Positions 55,557-62,931 of a stretch of 64,000 nt of DNA are shown here, piece by piece (the stretch's first letter is position 1; each line of letters opens with the position of its first letter). Position numbers and translations under genes: made by a program. This stretch comes from an uncultured virus (IMG/VR IMGVR_UViG_3300036857_000120) (lineage: Duplodnaviria > Heunggongvirae > Uroviricota > Caudoviricetes). The stretch lies in IMG/VR virus record IMGVR_UViG_3300036857_000120, one strand, 5' to 3'. Under the pieces are notes generated by a model. The model did not search any database, had not been told where the DNA came from, and saw only the letters and a program-made list of their open reading frames with translations.

Positions 55557-56063
55557 CTATCTGACGAGATATTTCGTCGCCTCCTCGATTGGCATCTCGT
55601 GCAGGAACCGCGCTCCGGGTTCCTGGTCGCGGACGTGGCGGACGATCTGCTCGCGGGTATGTCCGCCTTTACGGAGCGCGACCTGGAGCACCTTGTCGCC
55701 GCGGAGCCAGAGGACTTTCGTCGCGAGAATGCGCTTGACGGTTTTCTCCGTCGCGATCCGGTCGAGCTCCTTGTGGCAGAGCAATTCGAGCGAGCACGGC
55801 ATGGAATGCGTCTCGCCTCCGGCCTCGTAAGTGTCCGCGGGATAGGTCGCGGCGATCTGTTTCTCCAACTCCTCAAAGCGCAAGCGAAAGCGCGGGTCCG
55901 CTTTGAACGGATGATGCATGTCGGGTCCGCCTTGTCCGTGATTGGTCACGGTGCAAAACGGTTTGCCGTCGACCCAAATGTCGGCGGAATAGGCGGGAGT
56001 CTCCTCCGAGAGCGAGCGGCTCTCGCGGACCTTGCGTAGTTCGATCTTCGGTTGCTTAGACAT
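55557..56063 (-). CDS. Hypothetical protein
   Basis: SEET..Y.A...VDG......N.G.GG; AAGGAG RBS. Confidence 0.65.
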   Translation of the reverse strand: MSKQPKIELRKVRESRSLSEETPAYSADIWVDGKPFCTVTNHGQGGPDMHHPFKADPRFRLRFEELEKQIAATYPADTYEAGGETHSMPCSLELLCHKELDRIATEKTVKRILATKVLWLRGDKVLQVALRKGGHTREQIVRHVRDQEPGARFLHEMPIEEATKYLVR

Positions 56064-56337
56064 GGTCGTCCTCTCCTTTGGCGTTGTTGCGGGCGGCGCA
56101 CTCCTCCTCCGCCACGTCGTTCCAGCGGCGGATGAAATCGCGGAGCCATCGGCACTGGATCGTGATCTCGCCGATCTCGGTCGCGTCATCGGTCGAGGCG
56201 AGCGCATATTCGAGATCGCACAGAAGCTCGTCGGCGCTTAACGCTTCGGTCCCATGCGCGAAGCCCTCGACCTTCTCCGCTTGGGTGCGGGTCCAGTCGT
56301 GATATTCGCGAATGAGCGCGGTCATCTGGTCGCTCAT
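56056..56337 (-). CDS. Hypothetical protein
   Basis: GGAGG RBS; SADE...WL..F..RW. Confidence 0.55.
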   Translation of the reverse strand: MSDQMTALIREYHDWTRTQAEKVEGFAHGTEALSADELLCDLEYALASTDDATEIGEITIQCRWLRDFIRRWNDVAEEECAARNNAKGEDDHV

Positions 56338-56498
56338 GGGGTCCTCCAGTCGGAGAGCGTGATGCAAGTCACGGAGGCGAAGGGGCCGAAGCTCGCGGCC
56401 TCGCAGGTCACGCGGGAGTGGGCGATGATGGCGATCCCCATCACGCCGACGATGGCAATGATGGAGAGCGCCTTGGAGGCGTTGCGGAACCATTTCAT
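56334..56498 (-). CDS. Small TM protein
   Basis: 54 aa ORF right after a hairpin-RBS element. Confidence 0.55.
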   Translation of the reverse strand: MKWFRNASKALSIIAIVGVMGIAIIAHSRVTCEAASFGPFASVTCITLSDWRTP

Positions 56499-56649
56499 GA
56501 TCGTCTCCCGGGCATGCTGCCCTTAGAGGGTTGAATGAGGGACCGGAGATTTATCGGGGCTTACAGCCGTGGCGGCCCGCGTCGTCTCCGGTCATGGTGC
56601 CCTTAGTCTCGCGTGATCCGCCGAGGGCGAGGCGGGCGCTCCGTCAACG

Positions 56650-57198
56650 TCACCCGTAGATGATGACGTCGCACATAGTCGTGAGGAGATCGTCCTCGCC
56701 ACCGACGCCGAACTCGTCGCATCCGCGTTGCGCGATCATCGCCTTGATCGTCTCGATAGCGCGGCGCGCGTCCTCCTCCGGAACGTGAGTCGTATGCGCG
56801 AGAGCGGAGAGCGCGGTCTCCAGGGCGATGCGCGTGCGGGTCGCGAGTTGCATGTCGGGGCGGTCGTTCGCCTTCGCGGCGATCTGGAGCGATCCCCACG
56901 GATATCCCTGTCGCGCGAGATCGGCGCGCACGGTCTCCAGGGTCTCGGTCTCCGCATCGTCGTCGGAAAGCTCGATGCAATTCTCGACGCTCGAATGGGC
57001 GAGATTGGCCTCCGCGTCGGAGAGTTGCACATTGAACGGGAACGAGGTCACTTGCCGGATCATCTCGGCGACGGCGGAGAGGTCCTCATAATCCGGGGAG
57101 TCTTTGTTGCCGTCGTCGGCGAGGACCTCCAAGCGGCCCTCGATATCCGTCTCGATCACGGAGGCGATCTCGGCGGAGGGGATCAGTAGCGTTGCCAT
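56650..57198 (-). CDS. Acidic hypothetical protein
   Basis: AAGGA RBS; D/E rich. Confidence 0.55.
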   Translation of the reverse strand: MATLLIPSAEIASVIETDIEGRLEVLADDGNKDSPDYEDLSAVAEMIRQVTSFPFNVQLSDAEANLAHSSVENCIELSDDDAETETLETVRADLARQGYPWGSLQIAAKANDRPDMQLATRTRIALETALSALAHTTHVPEEDARRAIETIKAMIAQRGCDEFGVGGEDDLLTTMCDVIIYG

Positions 57199-57223
57199 TG
57201 TCGTCGTCCTTTCGTCTCGTGCG

Positions 57224-57457
57224 TTAGTCGTGTTCGCGGTCGGCGCGGATGATCGCGCACATGGAATAGTTGCCGAAGGGCTTGATGCTCTCGACGCCAT
57301 CCCAGAGCGAGATGCCGCGGCGGACGGGCTTGCCGTTGTAGTCGGCGATGGTGACGGTCTTCTCGGTCCGCGAGAGAATGGTGACGCGATAGATCGTGTC
57401 GTAATCGCAGATCGAGCGGGTCGAGTAAGTCCGACCGACTTGGAATTTCGTGGTCAT
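57224..57457 (-). CDS. Hypothetical protein
   Basis: KF.VG.TY..RSICD.D......I..RT.KTV; follows hairpin-RBS. Confidence 0.7.
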   Translation of the reverse strand: MTTKFQVGRTYSTRSICDYDTIYRVTILSRTEKTVTIADYNGKPVRRGISLWDGVESIKPFGNYSMCAIIRADREHD

Positions 57458-57596
57458 GATCGTCTCCCGGGCATTTGCCCTTGGTTTCGGTTTCGGCGCT
57501 TTGGTCGCCCCGCCGGATCGGGGTCTTTCGGTAGGGGCCGGTCCGTTTCAAGGGACCTCCGGGAAGGCGACCAAAGCGCCGTCGTTCAATGTCCGT

Positions 57597-57625
57597 AATT
57601 TAGGCCCGTCGGTCCTATAGGTCAA
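57597..57625 (-). promoter_or_regulatory. Sigma70-like promoter
   Basis: CTAGGCCCCA-TTGACC-17-TAAATT. Confidence 0.7.
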
Positions 57626-57695
57626 TGGGGCCTAGTCGCTTTTGCTTCACGAGCCGGTTACCGGCCAGACCGCGCTAAACACAAGGGAATTTGGC

Positions 57696-58181
57696 ATGAA
57701 CCAACCGACTCCATTGGCTTTGAAGGTCCTCCGGGGCAATCCCGGGAAGCGGGCGCTCCGCCCGGAGCCGGTCCCGGACCTCCCGGAGAGCCCGCCGGAT
57801 CCGCCCGCCTTTTTGAACGAGATCGCGCAAGAGGAGTGGCGGCGGATCATCCTCTCCCTGTATCGTCTTCGTCTCGTCACGAGCCTCGATCTCAATGTCC
57901 TCGCGGCATATTGCAACGCCTATGCGCGCTGGAACGAAGCGGAGACGACGCTCGCGGCGATGGCGCAGAAGGATCCAGTCACGAAGGGCGTTCTAATTCG
58001 CGGCGCGCACGGAACGCCTGTCGTCAATCCACTCGTTCGCGTTGCCAGCGTCGCCGCGAAGGACATGGTGCATTTTGCCGGAGAATTTGGACTCTCCCCA
58101 CTCGCCCGCGCAAGAATCGCCGCGGGAGTCTACGAAAATCCGCCGCGCTCTAAATTCGACGGTCTCATTCCCGGAGGTTAA
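57696..58181 (+). CDS. terS: Terminase small subunit, P27 family
   Basis: PT.LK.LRGNPGKR, A..EW.R, L..YC, NP, EFGLSP..RAR. Confidence 0.9.
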   Translation: MNQPTPLALKVLRGNPGKRALRPEPVPDLPESPPDPPAFLNEIAQEEWRRIILSLYRLRLVTSLDLNVLAAYCNAYARWNEAETTLAAMAQKDPVTKGVLIRGAHGTPVVNPLVRVASVAAKDMVHFAGEFGLSPLARARIAAGVYENPPRSKFDGLIPGG

Positions 58182-59760
58182 GAGGAGCTCGGAGGGCAAG
58201 GCGCGCGCGCGGCGCGTCATCGCATTCATTCAGAACCTCACGGTCCCGTCGGGTCATGGCGCGGGGAAGCCGTTCAAGCTCGACACTTGGCAGAAAGATT
58301 TTGTCCGCGATGTTTACGAGCCGCACCGCGCCGGCCGTCGTGTCGTTCGCCGCGCGATCCTTTCGATGGCGCGGAAGAACGGCAAGACCGCGTTGATCGC
58401 GGCCATCGCGCTCGCGCATCTGGTCGGGCCGGAGGCGATCCCCAACGGCGAGATCTATTCCGCGGCGAACGACCGCGACCAGGCGGCTATCGTCTTCAAA
58501 TTTGCCAAACAAATAGTTGAGCTTGATCCGGAACTCCTCGCGTTGATCGATATCGTTCCCTCGACGAAGACGATGATCGCGCGCCCGACCGGATCGATCT
58601 ATCGCGCGGTCTCTGCGGAGGCGGGGACGAAGCATGGTTACATGCCGAGCGTCGTGATCTATGACGAGCTCGCACAGGCAAAAAATCGCGACCTCTATGA
58701 CGTCCTGGATACGTCCTTCGGCGCGCGGCGCGAGCCGCTCTTTATCGTGATCTCGACCCAATCGAACGACCCGGAGCATATTTTGTCGCGTTTGATCGAC
58801 GACGCGCTCTCCGGATCCGACCCGTCCATCATCTGCCACTTGTTCGCGGCCAAGGAGGATTGCGATCTCGACGACGAGGTCGAATGGAAGCGCGCAAATC
58901 CGGCGCTCGATATTTTCCGCGACCGCGAGGACCTCGAGACCGCGATCCGCAAAGCCATCCGCATGCCAGCCGAGGAGCCGAAGGTCCGCAATTTATTCCT
59001 CAACCAGCGGGTCTCGCCGACTGCGACATTGATCGCGCGCGCCGACTGGATGGCTTGCGCTGGCGAGGTCGAATTCGCGCCCGGAGAGGAGGTCTATCTC
59101 GGACTCGATCTGTCGAGCGTCATCGATCTAAGCGCGCTCGTCATGGGATCAGCTGCCGATCCGACGAAGGTCAAGCCGTTCCTGTTCAAGCCCGCCGAGC
59201 TCCTCGTCGAGCATTCAAACCGGGACTTCGGGACGGGGAATTTGCGTTATGTGCATTGGGCCGCGGAGGGTCATCTCCTCACGAGCCCGGGCCGCAGCAT
59301 CAATCCGGAGGTCGTCGCGTTGAAGATCGCCGAACTCCATAACGAATATACGATCCGCGGCCTTGCCTATGATCGCTGGCGGATGAATGATCTCCTCCGC
59401 TATTTCGACGCCATCGGTCTCGCCTCGTACAAGGACGAGGACACCGACAAGATCCGGGGATACATCGCGGGCGCGGGCGTGCGGATCGTGCCATGGGGAC
59501 AGGGCTTCAAGGACATGGCTCCGGCCATTGACGCATTCGAGCTTGCGGTCACGGAGCGCAAACTCGTCCACGGCAATAATCCGGTCCTGACCTGGAACAT
59601 GGCGAACGCGGTCGCGACCATGGATCCGTCGGGCAATCGGAAGCTCGACAAAGACAAAGCCCGTTTCCGAATTGACGGCGCTGTCGCGCTCGCAATGATG
59701 CTTGGCCTCCGGGCGCGCGACCGCGCGGCCGAGGTCGATATCGGATCGATGATCGGGTAG
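58042..59760 (+). CDS. terL: Terminase large subunit (HK97-like)
   Basis: ARKNGKT, YDEL, GLDLSS..DL, YDRW, RIDGAVA; start codon uncertain. Confidence 0.92.
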   Translation: MPASPRRTWCILPENLDSPHSPAQESPRESTKIRRALNSTVSFPEVKRSSEGKARARRVIAFIQNLTVPSGHGAGKPFKLDTWQKDFVRDVYEPHRAGRRVVRRAILSMARKNGKTALIAAIALAHLVGPEAIPNGEIYSAANDRDQAAIVFKFAKQIVELDPELLALIDIVPSTKTMIARPTGSIYRAVSAEAGTKHGYMPSVVIYDELAQAKNRDLYDVLDTSFGARREPLFIVISTQSNDPEHILSRLIDDALSGSDPSIICHLFAAKEDCDLDDEVEWKRANPALDIFRDREDLETAIRKAIRMPAEEPKVRNLFLNQRVSPTATLIARADWMACAGEVEFAPGEEVYLGLDLSSVIDLSALVMGSAADPTKVKPFLFKPAELLVEHSNRDFGTGNLRYVHWAAEGHLLTSPGRSINPEVVALKIAELHNEYTIRGLAYDRWRMNDLLRYFDAIGLASYKDEDTDKIRGYIAGAGVRIVPWGQGFKDMAPAIDAFELAVTERKLVHGNNPVLTWNMANAVATMDPSGNRKLDKDKARFRIDGAVALAMMLGLRARDRAAEVDIGSMIG

Positions 59761-59765
59761 GTCCC

Positions 59766-60956
59766 ATGCCGCTCATTCTGCAAAAGGCCGGTTTCGGCGA
59801 GGCGCTCGAGGAGCTCGATCCTCTCCTCGTATGCGAGGAGACGGAGACGGGCTGGCGCGGCTTGACGAATGTCGGCGAGCTTCTCGACGTCAAGGGCCAG
59901 CACGGCGAGCGCGCGCGCGTCCCGGAGGAGATCATCGTCACGTGCAACGGCGAGCCCTACGGCCGACGCCAGGTCCCGGAGCCGGAGCCGCGGAGCGTCA
60001 CCGAATACATTCGCAACGTCGAGCTTGCGCGCTCCTTCATGCGCGCGAGCGAATTCGAGGCGGCGCTGGCGCGGAGCAATGCCGCGCTCTCCATCGCGCC
60101 GACGGACGTCGCCCGATACAACCGCGCATTTGCATTCCTCCATCTCGGACGATGGTTCGAAGGGATGGACGATCTCGTCCATGTCGAGCGCGAAAGCGCG
60201 CGTTTCATGCGGCCGATGCATCGCGCGGCCATCGCCGCGGGCTTGCGGCCATGGCGCGGCGAGGATCTCGGCGGCAAGCGGATCCTCCTCCTCGACGATC
60301 ACGGTTTCGGCGACACGATCCAGATGCTCCGATACGTCCCGGCATTGGAGGCGGCGGGCGCGGAGGTCTCGATCCTGTGCCGCAATGAGATCACCCATCT
60401 CGCGGGGCAATGCGCGAAGGTCTCGGCGAATTCGATCCGGTTTATCGAGGCGGATTATTTTTGCTCGTTCCTCCATCTCCTCCGGTTTCTGCCGAAGCCG
60501 GTCCCGGCCGCGCCGTATCTCCAGGCGGACACGGACCTCGACGATTGGGGGGATGATCGTGCGCGCATCGGGATCGCGTGGTCGGTCGGGGTCGCGCACC
60601 AGGACGACTATCCGCGCGAGATTCCGCTCGAGCTCCTCGTCGCGGCGATTGGCGGTCCCGACGTCGAGCTTCACAGCGTCCAGACGCAAGGCGGCGAGGA
60701 GGCGACGGCGCATGGCGTCGTCGCGCACGAATTCCGGGACTTCATGCAATGCGCGGATCTCATGATGCAGATGGACGAGATCGTCGCCATCGATACGGCG
60801 GCGCTCCATCTCGCCGGAGCCATCGGTCATCCGAAGGTCACCGCGCTCTTGTCGCACTGGCATTCCTGGAGATGGGACGCGCCATGGTATCCGACCATGA
60901 AGCTCGCAATCCAAAAGTCGCCCGGGGATTGGGCGAGCGCGCTCGCGCAATGTTGA
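59766..60956 (+). CDS. TPR + GT-B (family 9-like) glycosyltransferase
   Basis: TPR helices, W.G..L.GKRILL....GFGD.IQ..RY, D.I..IDTA..HLAGA.G, W.W...WYP. Confidence 0.8.
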   Translation: MPLILQKAGFGEALEELDPLLVCEETETGWRGLTNVGELLDVKGQHGERARVPEEIIVTCNGEPYGRRQVPEPEPRSVTEYIRNVELARSFMRASEFEAALARSNAALSIAPTDVARYNRAFAFLHLGRWFEGMDDLVHVERESARFMRPMHRAAIAAGLRPWRGEDLGGKRILLLDDHGFGDTIQMLRYVPALEAAGAEVSILCRNEITHLAGQCAKVSANSIRFIEADYFCSFLHLLRFLPKPVPAAPYLQADTDLDDWGDDRARIGIAWSVGVAHQDDYPREIPLELLVAAIGGPDVELHSVQTQGGEEATAHGVVAHEFRDFMQCADLMMQMDEIVAIDTAALHLAGAIGHPKVTALLSHWHSWRWDAPWYPTMKLAIQKSPGDWASALAQC

Positions 60957-61540
60957 CCCTCCCGATCACGTCGCGGAACGAATTGCCGCCGATCCAGCCG
61001 GTCAATTGGGCGGGCTTGCCGCGCGAGTATCTCAACGCCGGAGAGTTGGAGATCATCATCGCCCTGGTTCGCTCCATCGATCCGAAGATCATGGTCGAGA
61101 TCGGGCTCGCGGCCGGAAGGACGGCGAAAGCAATCCTCCGCGAGCTTCCGGATCTGGAGCGGTATATCGGCGTCGACACCGATCCCGGATATCGCACGAA
61201 ACTGTCGAGCCAATGGACCGAGCGCGGCGCAAATCCCGGTCATCTCGCGCTCGCCGATTCGCGCTTTGACCGATGGCTTCTGCCGCGCGGATCCCTCGAT
61301 CTCATTGCGGATGATTTCCCGGAGATCGACGCGATGTTTATCGACGGCGATCATTCGAGCGAGGCGGTCCGCCACGATAGCAATCTCGCGCGTTCCGTCG
61401 TGCGGCCGGGAGGGATCATCCTCTGGCACGACTACCACAATCACGGCGTCGAGGTGACGCGCGTCCTCGAGCTCGACCGCGATCTCGGTTGCGATATCCG
61501 CCACGTCGAGGGGACTTGGCTGGCATACGAAAGGCGATGA
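60950..61540 (+). CDS. Class I SAM methyltransferase (Methyltransf_24-like)
   Basis: VEIG...G.T, FIDGDHS..AV..D, PGG.I.WHDY. Confidence 0.85.
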   Translation: MLTLPITSRNELPPIQPVNWAGLPREYLNAGELEIIIALVRSIDPKIMVEIGLAAGRTAKAILRELPDLERYIGVDTDPGYRTKLSSQWTERGANPGHLALADSRFDRWLLPRGSLDLIADDFPEIDAMFIDGDHSSEAVRHDSNLARSVVRPGGIILWHDYHNHGVEVTRVLELDRDLGCDIRHVEGTWLAYERR

Positions 61541-62607
61541 CCATGCAGCAACAGGAAAGCGTCGTTCCGTTCAAGCGCGAGGCCGCGTTGCAGCTGCCGC
61601 CCGCAAATCAATTCGTCCGCGTCCTCGCCGCGCGGATCATCGCGCAATGTGCGCGGACCTCCGCGCTCGACGTCATGCGCGCTCGCTTCCCGAATGATCG
61701 CGTCGCCGCGGAGTGGATCATGCGCGCGGCAGTCGCGCCCGCGATGACCAGCGTCGCGGGATGGGCCGCGGAGCTCGCGCCGACGATGGTCGCGGATGGA
61801 TTGACCGCGATGGGTCCAGCATCGGCCGCGCGCGAAATTCTCTCGCGCGCCTTGCGCCTCTCGTTCGAAGGTCTCGGCCATATCACCGTCCCCGGTCTGG
61901 TCGCGGACTTCGGCAATACCGGATGGGTCGCCGAGGGCCAGCCGATCCCGGTCCGCGGATTGACCCTGTCGCCGAAGACAATCGATCCGCACAAGCTCGC
62001 CGTGATCGTCGTCCTCACGCGCGAGATGATCGAAAGCAGCAACGCCGAGGCGCTCGTCTCCGACGCATTGATGAAGGGCGCGGGCCGCATCGCCGACGAG
62101 ATCCTATTCGACGCCAATCCCGGCGACGCCGCGCGTCCGCCAGGTCTCCGCAACGGCGTGGCCGCGACGACGCCGAGCGGGAACACGGATGCGGAGCAAG
62201 CGGCGCTGGAGGATATCGCCGCGCTCATTAACGCGCTCGCGCCAGTCGCGGGGAATGGTCCCTATCTCCTCGTCGGATCGCCCGGGCGGGCGGCGATGCT
62301 CGCGCTCAAATTCGGCAACACCGACAACGTCACATTCCTGGGGTCGAGCGCGGTCATCAATGACCTCCTCGCCATCGCGCCGGAGGCGCTCGCCATGGCG
62401 GCGTCGCCGGAGCCGATGATCGAGACCTCGACGGCGGGGACGGTCGTGATGGACGACACCGCGCCCGGGGCGGCCGGGGCGGCGGGGCCGGAGCGATCCA
62501 TATTCCAGACCGATTCCATCGCGATCAAAATGCGCTGGCCGCTGAGTTGGCAACTAAGGGATTCCAGAGGTTTTGCATGGATGACCCCGGCGTGGAAAAC
62601 GCCATAG
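61537..62607 (+). CDS. HK97-fold capsid-like paralogue
   Basis: WVAEG.PIPV, P.KLA.I...T.E....S, P.GL.NGV, SIFQ.D.IAIK. Confidence 0.75.
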   Translation: MTMQQQESVVPFKREAALQLPPANQFVRVLAARIIAQCARTSALDVMRARFPNDRVAAEWIMRAAVAPAMTSVAGWAAELAPTMVADGLTAMGPASAAREILSRALRLSFEGLGHITVPGLVADFGNTGWVAEGQPIPVRGLTLSPKTIDPHKLAVIVVLTREMIESSNAEALVSDALMKGAGRIADEILFDANPGDAARPPGLRNGVAATTPSGNTDAEQAALEDIAALINALAPVAGNGPYLLVGSPGRAAMLALKFGNTDNVTFLGSSAVINDLLAIAPEALAMAASPEPMIETSTAGTVVMDDTAPGAAGAAGPERSIFQTDSIAIKMRWPLSWQLRDSRGFAWMTPAWKTP

Positions 62608-62609
62608 GC

Positions 62610-62930
62610 GCGGTACGGTGCGGCGGAGATTGGCGCGGCTGGCGATGCGACGGGCCGGAAGCCGCAGTTTAGATCATTCAAATCGCTTGCGGTAGGACGG
62701 TCCCCGTCGCGGCGGGAAACGGGGGGCGGGCGTCCTCGTGTCCTCCTGGACGTTCGCTCCCCACCGATAAAAAAAGCGCCGCAGTCCGGGGAGGCCAATC
62801 CGACGGACCGCGGCGCAGGGCCGATCCCGTTCCGTGCGGCGGTCGAGGATCGGCGGGCTCTATGGACAGAGCGCGCGGACGCTAGGCCGATTCGCCGGAT
62901 GCCAGCAACCCGGACGCGGGAGGGTTTCCC
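62610..62930. ncRNA. Candidate structured intergenic RNA upstream of the head operon
   Basis: Five consecutive hairpins. Confidence 0.4.
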
Positions 62931-62931
62931 C

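Larger units (their letters stand above)
53330..57484 (-). repeat. Six dispersed start-associated hairpin-RBS elements
   Basis: C(C/T)AAGGGC-N-TGCCCGGGAG at 53330, 54279, 54873, 55481, 56504, 57463. Confidence 0.9.

Noticed and set aside
53330..57484. CRISPR or integron attC interpretation of the 22-bp repeats
   Set aside because: Spacing is gene-sized, each copy contains the RBS, and there is no GTTRRRY core or integrase
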